Source of the DNA: a virus | Lineage: Duplodnaviria > Caudoviricetes | Strand: one strand, 5' to 3' | IMG/VR virus record: IMGVR_UViG_3300025872_000063 | Span: 1-58,928 of that record | DNA: 58,928 nucleotides | Part shown: in pieces, positions 23,293-32,607 of the stretch | How the letters are laid out: every line of letters starts with the position of its first letter | Position numbering within the stretch: position 1 is the first letter of the stretch | Program-made: the position numbers and the translations under genes | Notes under the pieces: generated by a model | Told to the model about the DNA's origin: nothing | Database searches by the model: none | What the model saw: only the letters and a program-made list of their open reading frames with translations

Positions 23293-23777
23293 AGCTGTGC
23301 TCCTGTCGTGCGCTTTTCGTGGCTCTGGACACCGTAGTACAGCGGTGCCGCGTTGGAAATGCCAAGCTGGCGGGCAAGCATGTTCATCGGGATGCCCTGA
23401 GTGAACTCGGCGTGCAACTGTCGGTGATATTCGCCGGTGCTGATGTCGCGTGCGATCTTGACACGGGCGGCGGCGGCCTCAACGTCTGCAACGCTGATCG
23501 TGCCCTTCGGCAGACGGACACGTCGAACAGACGGAATGTCGGACGTGAACAGCCGGCGTCGAAGGCCAGAATACGCAACACCGAGCCTGTTTGCGAGGTC
23601 GGTCAGGCTGCCTCCTCGAGCGTGGAACTCGACGAGCAGACGGGTGTACTCGCGGCTGGCAACATGGTTTGGCGTGTCCTGGTCCTTAGGACCGAACGCG
23701 CGGCGGGCGAGCGGAAGCAGCTCGATCATCTTTTCGCTGTATTCTTCAAGCAGTTCCGTATTATTGGTGTCGTTCAT
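23289..23777 (-). CDS. Putative DNA-binding protein with two HTH-like repeats
   Basis: SLTDLANRLGVAYSGLRRR and PMNMLARQLGIS; AGGAG RBS; TTCTGAG-N5-TATATT promoter on the minus strand at ~23820-23837. Confidence 0.65.
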   Translation of the reverse strand: MNDTNNTELLEEYSEKMIELLPLARRAFGPKDQDTPNHVASREYTRLLVEFHARGGSLTDLANRLGVAYSGLRRRLFTSDIPSVRRVRLPKGTISVADVEAAAARVKIARDISTGEYHRQLHAEFTQGIPMNMLARQLGISNAAPLYYGVQSHEKRTTGAQL

Positions 23778-23940
23778 GTTTCTCCTGTGTTGTGACGCGT
23801 GTACCGCATCAGTGGTTATAATATATCCCACTCAGAAAAAAGATGACACGGACGAATAATTTTTCCGCCGAAGACGGTCCGGGTGTGAAAATTCAGCGGC
23901 AGTTATTAAAGACGAGGCGGAGGCGGAAGAAGAGGGGGGA

Positions 23941-24183
23941 CTAATCCAGGTCCTGATCTTGAGGAAGAGGTGTGTGTAGCCAGGCGATGTCCCTGCAACG
24001 GACCGTCACGTATGAGGCCACGTCGATGATATCTTCAACCAGGCACAGAAGCTCCCAGCGGAACTCTACGTCTGTCTCGTTTTCTAGGTCGTCAAGCGTG
24101 TGAGCTACCGTACCGAGAGTGTGCATGACAGAGCTCAGACGGCGAAGAGTGTGGTCCTTTGACGAAGCGTTGATGATCGACAT
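23941..24183 (-). CDS. Hypothetical protein
   Basis: Leaderless-type start after a TAGAAT -10 box. Confidence 0.5.
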   Translation of the reverse strand: MSIINASSKDHTLRRLSSVMHTLGTVAHTLDDLENETDVEFRWELLCLVEDIIDVASYVTVRCRDIAWLHTPLPQDQDLD

Positions 24184-24664
24184 ATAGACATTCTACACAC
24201 GATTCTTGAGGTAAGTATTAGCAGAAATAAGGTACAATTTCTGGGGCGAATCACGAGAAGGTTGGAGGGGCCGCCGCTGAAATTGTACAGTAGAGCACTG
24301 CCGGCAGGTGAGCTAAACCGCGATTTCTGCCTCAAAAGAGGATTGATGCCGCGAGAAGAGACAAAAATGCAGAAACTGTCACGAAAAAATACTAAGAGAC
24401 TTTTCATCACCTCATCACGTGAATTGTCTAAGTGCGCCTCAGAATGTAATACACAAAATATAAATATCAACTAATAAGAGTATACGCGTATACGCGTACG
24501 CATACGGCTTATACCAGAAATAGTTTGCATTTAAATTACGTGTATAGTTGAAGGTTTTTAATTGAAGAAAAAAGTCTACATTTGAGTGACTATTGTGTAT
24601 AGTCTCCAGAAAACCTGGTACAATTCGTTTCACCTGCCAAAGACCGTAGAAAAACTGGTACAGT

Positions 24665-25159
24665 ATGTCAGATCAAGAAGACGTGAACACGTCAGCTCTC
24701 GAGGCGCTCGCAGCGATAGGTATCACGCAAAGAGAGATTGAAGAAACGCTCGAGGCGTTGCAAGAATCGAGGTCCGTTCGAGACGACTACGACCCAAGAA
24801 TCTGTCTCTGCGGACACGCCGTCAAGCGGCACACCTCTGCAAACGGCTACGTGTACTGCAAGCCGAGCAAGATGTCGTGCCCGTGCAAAACCGTTAGACC
24901 AGTTCTCGAAGTTCAAGACATCAGAAAGTTTCTGAGAAAGACAACCGGCGCAGGACCTCTTCACGCACTCTCGCTCGGGATCGCCTCTCATGTACTCGAA
25001 AACAAATCAGTCAAGTGGATCGTTGATCTTGTCTGCGACAGATGCGGTGACACACAATCTCCAGTGACTCCCGTCCCTGTAACCCAGAGAGGCCACGCGG
25101 CTCCTCGAGCCACCGGCTACGACGCGCTGCTCTGCACCAAGTGTAGAACGGAAATTTAA
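24665..25159 (+). CDS. Cys-rich (zinc-binding) hypothetical protein
   Basis: CLCGH, C.C, CDRC and CTKC motifs. Confidence 0.7.
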   Translation: MSDQEDVNTSALEALAAIGITQREIEETLEALQESRSVRDDYDPRICLCGHAVKRHTSANGYVYCKPSKMSCPCKTVRPVLEVQDIRKFLRKTTGAGPLHALSLGIASHVLENKSVKWIVDLVCDRCGDTQSPVTPVPVTQRGHAAPRATGYDALLCTKCRTEI

Positions 25160-25229
25160 ATGCTTGTCGGTCTGATTTTTAGCGTCACCATGATTTATAT
25201 TGTCGTATCCGTACTATCTAGGAAGCGCG

Positions 25230-25886
25230 ATGACTGAGCACTATAATGTAGCAATAGCGACGCCCGGAAGATCGTTTCACGCAGAATATGTCAAGAGCCT
25301 TGTCAATACCTGCAGAGAACTTTCAAGACTCGGAATCACGTATACGTTTCTCAACCGGTACAGTTCGTTCGTGGCTAGCGCACGGGAGATGACCGCGACT
25401 GACAGCGGTACGCACAGTTTTCACACAAATAAGATCGCCGAGGGACGGTTCACCTGCGACAAGATCTTTTGGATCGATTCTGACATCGACTGGCAGCCAA
25501 AGGATTTCTTGGAATTGTATTATTCGAACGAGGACATAATCTCGGGGCTCTATGCTTTGGACGCCGCTGGACTTGTCGCAGCAAATATAATAGATGAGAA
25601 CGGGCTGATGAAAAGTGTTGACTATAGATACTTCATCCTTGACGCTGACCCGGTCTCCGTTGGAGGAGTTGGATTTGGATTTGTCTGCGTCAAAGCCTCT
25701 GTTTGGGAAAGTATTCCGCAACCTTGGTTCTTGATTGTTCGTGCTCCTTTTGGCGAGAACAAGACCATGGTCAACGTTAGTGAAGACTACTCCTGGTGCG
25801 CTCGAGCACGGCACGCTGGATTTGATGTCAAGGTTCACCCACTCGTAAAAGTCAATCATCACAAAGAAGTAGTGTATAGAGTATGA
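25230..25886 (+). CDS. Glycosyltransferase-like protein (GT-A fold)
   Basis: IATPG, WIDSDI (DxD), GFGFV, SEDYSWC...GF.V.V.P.V...H.K. Confidence 0.75.
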   Translation: MTEHYNVAIATPGRSFHAEYVKSLVNTCRELSRLGITYTFLNRYSSFVASAREMTATDSGTHSFHTNKIAEGRFTCDKIFWIDSDIDWQPKDFLELYYSNEDIISGLYALDAAGLVAANIIDENGLMKSVDYRYFILDADPVSVGGVGFGFVCVKASVWESIPQPWFLIVRAPFGENKTMVNVSEDYSWCARARHAGFDVKVHPLVKVNHHKEVVYRV

Positions 25887-26092
25887 CTGAAATGAACATT
25901 CCATTTGGAGCTACTGATGAAACAAATGTTCCACTTGAAGTATGGAAACGAGTCGTAGAGCAACGATTGGTAGACATGATCAAGGACTGGGAAAGACGTG
26001 TTCCACAAGATGAAGATGACACGCTGTACACACTCGCTCTCAGACGGGCAGTTGACGTTGTTCGCGGAATACCAGTCGATCTAGGACTTTGA
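25883..26092 (+). CDS. Hypothetical protein
   Basis: Coupled to the GT gene (ATGA). Confidence 0.6.
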   Translation: MTEMNIPFGATDETNVPLEVWKRVVEQRLVDMIKDWERRVPQDEDDTLYTLALRRAVDVVRGIPVDLGL

Positions 26093-26099
26093 TCTCAAC

Positions 26100-26171
26100 G
26101 CCCTCGTCGTCTACTGGTTAGGACGCGATTCTTATAAAGTCGCTAAGGTGGTTCAATTCCACCCGAGGGCA
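26100..26171 (+). tRNA. tRNA-Ile(TAT)
   Basis: Acceptor GCCCTCG/CGAGGGC; anticodon arm CGATT-CTTATAA-AGTCG; T arm GGTGG-TTCAATT-CCACC. Confidence 0.85.
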
Positions 26172-26178
26172 CTAACAC

Positions 26179-26251
26179 GCCTCGGTAGCTCAATGGATAG
26201 AGCGTCGGGTTTCTACCCCGCCGGTTGGGAGTTCGAGTCTCTCCCGAGGCA
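26179..26251 (+). tRNA. tRNA-Arg(TCT)
   Basis: Acceptor GCCTCGG/CCGAGGC; D arm GCTC..GAGC; anticodon loop TTTCTAC; T loop TTCGAGT. Confidence 0.88.
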
Positions 26252-26255
26252 CTTT

Positions 26256-26330
26256 GCCGGATTAGCTCAGTGGCAGAGCAACCGCCTTGTAAGCGGTTGG
26301 TCACAGGTTCGAATCCTGTATCCGGCTCCA
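26256..26330 (+). tRNA. tRNA-Thr(TGT)
   Basis: Acceptor GCCGGAT/ATCCGGC with encoded CCA; anticodon arm ACCGC-CTTGTAA-GCGGT. Confidence 0.93.
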
Positions 26331-26354
26331 CTAAGAACAAGGTTAGGAGAGTAC

Positions 26355-26804
26355 ATGCGTATAGCAAAGAACAAGAAACGGATCGTCAGTAGGGCACTTT
26401 TCGCGCTCGCTGCTGTTTCCGCAGTTTCTTCCTGCGGGACGGAAAAGATCGTTGTTGTTGCTCCAACAGCTCCGCCAACTGTTGCTACAACAGTTCGTGC
26501 GACAACAACAACTGAAGCGGCGCCTCCCACAACTGTCTACGTTTCAATTGAGGAAGAATTTCTTCAATCTGTTAAGCGAGAGACGAGCCTAGAGTATCGT
26601 CTCTCAGACGAACAAATGATTGAAATTGCGCGTCTAATGTGTGATTCTTTTTCATCTGGATCGTCGCTTTCTGACGTCGTAACCATGATTACGAACGCCG
26701 CTAATGCGACCGGTCTTACTCAGAATCAACTATTAGATCTTGGGACTCTTATCGGTTCTGGTGTCGCGTACTTCTGCCCAGAAAACGGGTACCTTCTCCA
26801 GTGA
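26355..26804 (+). CDS. Lipoprotein (DUF732-like C-terminal domain)
   Basis: Signal peptide with VSSC lipobox, Thr/Pro linker, EEEFL...C...G...YFCPE; AGGAG RBS. Confidence 0.65.
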   Translation: MRIAKNKKRIVSRALFALAAVSAVSSCGTEKIVVVAPTAPPTVATTVRATTTTEAAPPTTVYVSIEEEFLQSVKRETSLEYRLSDEQMIEIARLMCDSFSSGSSLSDVVTMITNAANATGLTQNQLLDLGTLIGSGVAYFCPENGYLLQ

Positions 26805-27028
26805 TTAGTACTGCTGTTAGAGCAGTGCTTACGTAAGTTCGAGGTCAGAAGCACTTTTAAGACGAGGCTGCGGCTTTTTCTTGTGATTGTTTCTGAAAGG
26901 AATACCTCGCAAACCTACGTATTTCACCCTTTTTTCCAGTTTTTTCGCCCGAAGTTGCCGTCGATGACGGCTGTTTAACGCTGTCGCGTGTGATATTGTC
27001 GGTTAGGACTGAACAGAAAGGTACTTCA

Positions 27029-27259
27029 ATGTTTTCATCTTCTTTTTGGAAGGCCGCCGCTGAAAGAGCTCTCAAGACTTTCGCACAGACTCTCGCGGCT
27101 CTTGCTGGAACAAACGCTGTCAATATTCTCTCGATGAATATCGGTGATTCGCTGAAGGCGGCTCTTGCCGCGGCGGCGTTGTCTGTTCTGACTTCGATCG
27201 CTTCCGCGAAGATCGGTTACAACGGTCCCAGTCTTGCGAACGAAACTCTAGCTGATTGA
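27029..27259 (+). CDS. Holin (r1t-like)
   Basis: FWKAAAERALKTFAQ...AALSVLTSIAS. Confidence 0.85.
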   Translation: MFSSSFWKAAAERALKTFAQTLAALAGTNAVNILSMNIGDSLKAALAAAALSVLTSIASAKIGYNGPSLANETLAD

Positions 27260-27264
27260 TTTAA

Positions 27265-28179
27265 ATGTCACTTATCAGTTACGAAAGCGACGAGCCGAAG
27301 GCTGAACGTCAGCTGGTCGAAGTTGATGATCCTGTCAATATTCGACCGAATCTTGCTGAACTCGGGATCATCGAGGTAGAACGCGGAGTCTGTCAGGACA
27401 CGTTCGAAAACAGGGCTGTCCTCCGTCGAAATAAGCTCGGCTGGGATACTGTTTACGCGTCGAACGGTGTGCCTACCGGGTTGATTCAGGCGCGTTCCGC
27501 TGATATGGAGAAGCAGCGCCGGCTTCTTTCTCTTTCAGAGAAGAAACCGATTTTGGTCGAGCCGTCGTTTGTGAATTCAGATTTCATAACTGGCTATGAT
27601 CTTCTTGCCGAGTCAGCGGCTGATATGCTTGTCCCTCCGTGGGTGATCGGCGCGACGCGCGCCTATCTCAAGGAGCAGGAGGCCGGTGGCCCGACGAATC
27701 CAAGAAAGCAACCTCTTGCTCTTCCGCAGCGTTGTCGCGCGGTGAAGGATGACGGAATTCGTTGCATGATGTGGTCCTCGGGACGCGTGAAGGATGACGG
27801 GCTTTGTCGTGTGCATCTTGGTTCGATTCAGCGTAAACCGGGTGAGGATGTTGAACGGGCTCGTGCGAGGTTGACGCAGGCTGCACCGTACGCTGTTGAT
27901 GTTCTCGAGGATCTGATGGAGAACGCGACGAGTGAACCTGTTCGTTTGAAGGCGAGCACCGAGATTCTCGATCGCGCCGGCGTTCGTGGCGGTGTTGAGT
28001 TTGACGCGCGTCTCGAGGTGACGGACGGGCGTTCTCCAGCACAGGTTGTTGCCGAGCGTCTTCAGCGTCTTGCTGCCGGCGCCGCGTCGGTGAACGCAGC
28101 TCTTGCCGCTGCTGGTTCGATTCCGATCGAGACAACAGGCTCGGACGGTGTTTCCGTGCAGACGGGTGATGAAGAATGA
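27265..28179 (+). CDS. Hypothetical protein, possible terminase small subunit
   Basis: RC.A...DG.RC...GLC..H zinc motif followed by AVDVL..LM....VRLKAS.EILDRAG helical region, as in TerS-like proteins. Confidence 0.5.
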   Translation: MSLISYESDEPKAERQLVEVDDPVNIRPNLAELGIIEVERGVCQDTFENRAVLRRNKLGWDTVYASNGVPTGLIQARSADMEKQRRLLSLSEKKPILVEPSFVNSDFITGYDLLAESAADMLVPPWVIGATRAYLKEQEAGGPTNPRKQPLALPQRCRAVKDDGIRCMMWSSGRVKDDGLCRVHLGSIQRKPGEDVERARARLTQAAPYAVDVLEDLMENATSEPVRLKASTEILDRAGVRGGVEFDARLEVTDGRSPAQVVAERLQRLAAGAASVNAALAAAGSIPIETTGSDGVSVQTGDEE

Positions 28180-28394
28180 GTCCAATGGATCTTGTTGATA
28201 AGACACGTGAACTTGCGGAGCGACTACGTCAGGACATTGAATGCAGCAAGACAAGGGAAGAGCACATCAGGGTGTCGGCGAGGGCGAACGAGGCGTCGCT
28301 TCTTTTGATAGAACTTCTCGCGTTTCTAAACGAGAGATCTTCCTCGACAGAGCGCTCGAGTCTGTTGGATATCGATGCAGGCCCGGTGGTCTGA
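28176..28394 (+). CDS. Hypothetical protein
   Basis: Coupled (ATGA) to the upstream gene. Confidence 0.5.
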   Translation: MSPMDLVDKTRELAERLRQDIECSKTREEHIRVSARANEASLLLIELLAFLNERSSSTERSSLLDIDAGPVV

Positions 28395-29059
28395 ACGATT
28401 TTGGCAGACGGGCAGGTTATTCGAGTCATGATGTCCCGTGGTCCGGCGCGTTCATTGACTGCGTCGCCCGGGACAGCGGAGTATTGATACCTTCGTGCGT
28501 GTATTCGCCTAGCGGTCTTGCAGAGTTTATTTTTTCTGGTCGCTGGAGAAATTCACCTCTTCCGGGTGATATTGTCTTTTATTCGTTTTCGTCAAGGTTG
28601 ACGGATCGGTTTTCGATGCCGCACGTCGGTGTCGTTGTTAATACTGACGCCTGGAGAAAGGCAAAGTGCTTTGTCGCCGTTGAGGGCGATGTTGACGGCG
28701 CTGTTGTCATGGTTGAACGCTGGAAGTTTGAGACTGTCGGGTTCGGAAGACCTGATTTCAAGTTCAGGCCTGGTAGGGCGCAAAATGGGCAGACGGGCAC
28801 TGTTTTCGTTGATCCCGAACGTGTGCGCGCAGATCTGCGTACGGTTGACGTCTTGAACGTTCAGCTTGCTCTTTCTCGAGCGGTTGGTCTGTCTGGCTAT
28901 CAGCCGATGGTGTTTGATTCGGTTACACGTCGTGCGATGGCTCGCTGGCAGCGTATGATCGGCTATGTCGGTGTTGACGCGAACGGTTCTCCGGATGCAG
29001 GCTCGTTACGGGTTCTTGGAGAGCGAACGGGCACGTTTGAGGTTCGACCTAGAAACTGA
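28241..29059 (+). CDS. CHAP-like domain plus peptidoglycan-binding domain protein (start uncertain)
   Basis: PWSGAF, PGDIVFY, HVGVV, VEGD and GFGRP; C-terminal V..VQ.AL...T..A...WQ...G. Confidence 0.65.
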   Translation: MQQDKGRAHQGVGEGERGVASFDRTSRVSKREIFLDRALESVGYRCRPGGLNDFGRRAGYSSHDVPWSGAFIDCVARDSGVLIPSCVYSPSGLAEFIFSGRWRNSPLPGDIVFYSFSSRLTDRFSMPHVGVVVNTDAWRKAKCFVAVEGDVDGAVVMVERWKFETVGFGRPDFKFRPGRAQNGQTGTVFVDPERVRADLRTVDVLNVQLALSRAVGLSGYQPMVFDSVTRRAMARWQRMIGYVGVDANGSPDAGSLRVLGERTGTFEVRPRN

Positions 29060-29207
29060 GTTGTATATATTGATCGTCATCACTGGTCTGGCGAAAGCCG
29101 AGCTGAATGGATTGCTGGTCACAGCAAAAATTTTTCAGTTCGTCACGCAAAACGAAAGACCAACACGTATAATGACATTGTCACTCAACAACGAAGGACA
29201 CGACACA

Positions 29208-29783
29208 ATGACCTCTGACACACCCGCGCATTCCACACTTGCACCCACGCTGCGCACGAACCGCGTCTCCGGTTTGACGAAGTTGACGATCTGGGAGATG
29301 GTGAGCAACGCCGCTCAACCGATCACGATCGACGAGATCACCGCTGCGACGCGTCAGCTGCCTGGCAAGAAGAACTACGCATGGTACACGTGCTATCGCG
29401 CAGTGCAGGAACTGATCCGCGACGGTCTCTTGTTCGCCCGTGACGTAACGCACGCTGAGCGTGCGTTGTCCGGTCGCAAGCACTCAGGCCGTCCACGACT
29501 CTTGATCTGGGACGCTGCGGTCGTCCCTCATCGAACGATCGACGAGGTGATCCCTGGAATCCAGTGGTCCAAGCTCGAGACCCAGAACCCGAGCACGATC
29601 AAGAAGAACAAGCGACGCAGGCTCGCTAAGGATGCGTCTGTGCAGACGGGCATCAAGCAGTTCAAGGCTGTCAGGCCTGCTATGGAGGCGGTCAGGCAGA
29701 CGGGCAACAGGTTCGAACGACTTGAGGCACGCATCGTCGAGCTCGAGAAGGCACTCGAGGACCTCAGGAACATGCTCACCTGA
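29208..29783 (+). CDS. Hypothetical protein (winged-helix-like N-terminus, coiled-coil C-terminus)
   Basis: TATAAT at 29168 and CAACGAAGGAC leader; ITIDEI...TCYRAVQELIRDGLL. Confidence 0.6.
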   Translation: MTSDTPAHSTLAPTLRTNRVSGLTKLTIWEMVSNAAQPITIDEITAATRQLPGKKNYAWYTCYRAVQELIRDGLLFARDVTHAERALSGRKHSGRPRLLIWDAAVVPHRTIDEVIPGIQWSKLETQNPSTIKKNKRRRLAKDASVQTGIKQFKAVRPAMEAVRQTGNRFERLEARIVELEKALEDLRNMLT

Positions 29784-29808
29784 CACAGAGTGTGATACTG
29801 TCTGGATC

Positions 29809-30048
29809 GTGCAGATCTTCGACATGTTCATCGTTGAAACCCCGGCGGACGCGCAGACATGCGCGCTCGCTGGGGTTTTTGACTTTACTCTATTCGATAT
29901 GGAGTGCGAGAACTGCAGCATGGCGATCGGTCCCGTCTATGACACGTTTATTCCTGCGGCGATCATCTCTGACGCGGCAGGGATGTCGTGGCCGGTGTGC
30001 ATCGACTGTGCGTCTTCATTGATCTTTCCAAGGGCATGGTTTGTCTAG
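29809..30048 (+). CDS. Small zinc-binding hypothetical protein
   Basis: CENC...CIDC; probable leaderless GTG start. Confidence 0.5.
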   Translation: MQIFDMFIVETPADAQTCALAGVFDFTLFDMECENCSMAIGPVYDTFIPAAIISDAAGMSWPVCIDCASSLIFPRAWFV

Positions 30049-30078
30049 ACCTGAAACTGAGAATAATATAATAAACAC

Positions 30079-30357
30079 ATGGACACCGACACAAAGAACA
30101 TCTACGTCAACGTTTACGAGATCACCCGATGCTATGGCGGCCCCGAAGAGGGCGGCTGGTGGTACGACACCGGCGTCACTCTCATCTCAGAGGAGGTTTC
30201 GAACATGGAAGAAGCGTACAATCGTCGCCTCGAACTGCTCGAGGACTATCCTCGCACAGATCGTCGATACTCGGTTCTCGGCGGAGATGACTACGACATT
30301 CTGATCGAAGACACTCCCGGCGAAGACTTTCCCGCCTACAGGCCTCGCTACGAGTAA
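30079..30357 (+). CDS. Conserved phage hypothetical protein (YGGPEEGGWWYD motif)
   Basis: Leaderless ATG 7 nt after TATAAT; acidic. Confidence 0.75.
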   Translation: MDTDTKNIYVNVYEITRCYGGPEEGGWWYDTGVTLISEEVSNMEEAYNRRLELLEDYPRTDRRYSVLGGDDYDILIEDTPGEDFPAYRPRYE

Positions 30358-30381
30358 TTCTGAGAAGAATATAATTACAGC

Positions 30382-30539
30382 ATTGGCGCTGCCTCCCGCA
30401 CCGAAAGGTGTCAGAGAGCCACAACGACTGTCATGGCAGCCAGCAGTCGGACGTACCATGCAATAGGTAGTGCATGGACCCTCTACGTGGGGTAGGGGCA
30501 CGTAGGCCGGCGCCGCAGCGGTAAACCTGCGGCACTTTC
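30382..30539 (+). ncRNA. Candidate structured ncRNA (~160 nt)
   Basis: Own promoter, no RBS or ORF; five consecutive hairpins including GCACC-GAAA-GGTGT, CCATGCA/TGCATGG, CTACGTG/CACGTAG and GCCGCAG/CTGCGGC. Confidence 0.6.
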
Positions 30540-30581
30540 TGAGCAGAGTATAATGTGCTCATCAACGACGAAAGGAACACC

Positions 30582-30905
30582 ATGACCACCACGACTACGA
30601 CGACGACCGTCGTCATCAGTTCGAACGCGACCGTTCTCGACCAGTCGGTCGAAGCGATCATCACCAAGTTCAACGAGACCAAGGCCGCGATCAAGGCGCT
30701 GCAGGCTCAGAAGGACGAGCTGGACACGCAGCTTCGCGAGATGCTTCTCGGTAATGACGTCGGCACCATCAACGGTGTCGAGCGCATCCGCGTCGTCCAG
30801 CGCAACAACAGCAAGATCGACCGCGATCTGCTCAAGACTGCGTGGCCCGAGGCGTACGAGGCGACTCTCGTCGAGACGCCCTACACCGTTCTCCAGGCCA
30901 AGTGA
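30582..30905 (+). CDS. Hypothetical coiled-coil protein
   Basis: Cassette promoter and GAAAGGA RBS. Confidence 0.75.
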   Translation: MTTTTTTTTVVISSNATVLDQSVEAIITKFNETKAAIKALQAQKDELDTQLREMLLGNDVGTINGVERIRVVQRNNSKIDRDLLKTAWPEAYEATLVETPYTVLQAK

Positions 30906-30907
30906 TC

Positions 30908-30951
30908 TCTTCCGGGAGGGTGCGCTGCCTCCTTCGCGCCCTCCCGGAAGA
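30908..30951 (+). terminator. Long hairpin with CCTCCTT loop
   Basis: TCTTCCGGGAGGGTGCG / CGCGCCCTCCCGGAAGA. Confidence 0.65.
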
Positions 30952-30996
30952 ATCTGAGTCGAGTATAATACAATTACACACAACGAAAGGAACACC

Positions 30997-31449
30997 ATGA
31001 CCACCACGACCGCCATTGGACAAGCTCTCTACATCGAGGCCTACAAAGAGGTCGGCGCCAACAAGAACGTGCTGCAGATGCTGCTCGCTCCCGAGACGAC
31101 TGACTCGCTCGGCAACAAGGTCAAGATGACGATGTACCGTCGACGCATCTCGACTCTCGCTCCTCGTAAGACCTGGAAGTCCTGGCGCTCGCCGTTCGAC
31201 GTCTCCTCGGTCATTTCCGCAGGTCTCGCGCTGCCGGACGCCGTCGATCGCATTCTCTCGTTCACTGACTCGACGTTCAGTGCACTTGTCAATCCGACGG
31301 CCGACTACAAGCTCGCCGGCCCTCCGATTCTTGTTGACATCACTCAGGACGATGTCAAGGAGCTCGCCGCCGGCAAGACTCCCTACAAGATCTTCGGCCG
31401 CGTCTGGCGCTGCCGTAAGAAGCTCGGCTACCCGGACGAGTTCCTGTGA
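30997..31449 (+). CDS. Hypothetical protein
   Basis: Cassette promoter and RBS. Confidence 0.75.
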   Translation: MTTTTAIGQALYIEAYKEVGANKNVLQMLLAPETTDSLGNKVKMTMYRRRISTLAPRKTWKSWRSPFDVSSVISAGLALPDAVDRILSFTDSTFSALVNPTADYKLAGPPILVDITQDDVKELAAGKTPYKIFGRVWRCRKKLGYPDEFL

Positions 31450-31509
31450 TCTGAGCTCTGTATAATACTTATTACATAATTAACAACGACAACGACGACA
31501 AGGACAACC

Positions 31510-32511
31510 ATGACCACCACGCACTCCTCAACCGGCAGGCTGCACCCCGAACTTCCGGCAATTCTCTTCGAGTTTGCAACTCAGTCGTGCGACGCTACTT
31601 CCGCAGATAAGATCTCCGCAAGGGTCATCCCTGCAGGCAAGGCGGTGACTCGCACTATCAAGGAGAAGCCCACCGTGCCCTCAACAACCACTCCCGTAGC
31701 TGCTCTCAAGGGCGCCACTTTGTACCTCCGCCCGAACGGCGAGGCGTACTACACCCGCTCGTGGGGTGAGCACGACGACGTCAACGTCCTCCGTGAAGGC
31801 CGTGCCGGCGGCCTCTACTCGCTCATCTACGGCGAGCCCGGCTGCGGCAAGACGGCACTCGTCGAGGCTGCGTTCGCCGAGGAGAGCGGTGGCTTGTTCA
31901 CCGTTCTCGGTTCCGGTGACACCGAGGTCGCCGACCTGGTCGGCGGCTACGTGCAGACGCCCAGCGGAAACTTCGTCTGGGAAGATGGCCCGCTCGTGAA
32001 GGCCGCAGAGGCCGGCGGAACGCTTCTCGTCGACGAGATCGGTCTCATCGACACGAAGGTGCTGGCTGTCATGTACGGCCTCATGGACGGTCGCCGTGAG
32101 TACACCGTCACCGCGAACCCCGAGCGAGGCACTGTCAAGGCTCAGTCCGGGTTCTATGTTGTCGCCGCGACAAACCCGAACGCGCCAGGTGTTCGGCTTT
32201 CCGAGGCTCTTCTGAGCCGGTTCCTGCTCCAGGTCGAGATGACCACCGACTGGTCGCTCGCCAGGAAGCTCGGCGTTCCGACCCAGATGGTCACTGTCGG
32301 CCAGAATCTCTCCAAGAAGCGGACCTCGAACGAAGTTTCGTGGTGCCCGCAGATGCGAGAGCTTCTCGGGTTCCGCGACATCGAAACTCGGTTCGGCACC
32401 AAGTTCGCGATCAGCAACCTGCTTGCAGCAGCCCCCGAGATCGACCGGCCCACGGTCGCCGACGTGTTCAGTCGAGTGTACGGCGAGCCCTGCTTGCCTG
32501 CCAAGATCTGA
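31510..32511 (+). CDS. MoxR/CbbQ/NirQ-type AAA+ ATPase
   Basis: Walker A GEPGCGKT, Walker B LLVDEI, FVWEDGPL, ATNP, ALLSRF. Confidence 0.9.
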   Translation: MTTTHSSTGRLHPELPAILFEFATQSCDATSADKISARVIPAGKAVTRTIKEKPTVPSTTTPVAALKGATLYLRPNGEAYYTRSWGEHDDVNVLREGRAGGLYSLIYGEPGCGKTALVEAAFAEESGGLFTVLGSGDTEVADLVGGYVQTPSGNFVWEDGPLVKAAEAGGTLLVDEIGLIDTKVLAVMYGLMDGRREYTVTANPERGTVKAQSGFYVVAATNPNAPGVRLSEALLSRFLLQVEMTTDWSLARKLGVPTQMVTVGQNLSKKRTSNEVSWCPQMRELLGFRDIETRFGTKFAISNLLAAAPEIDRPTVADVFSRVYGEPCLPAKI

Positions 32512-32607
32512 GCGCAGGCTTGCGGCGGGTTGCCTCGTGGTGGTCGCAGCCCGCCGCAGAATCTGAGTAAGTTATAATGACTAAGTACCCACAACGAAAG
32601 GACGAAC

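Noticed and set aside
26143-26354. ORFs across the tRNA cluster
   Set aside because: Explained by three tRNA genes; the lipoprotein starts at 26355.
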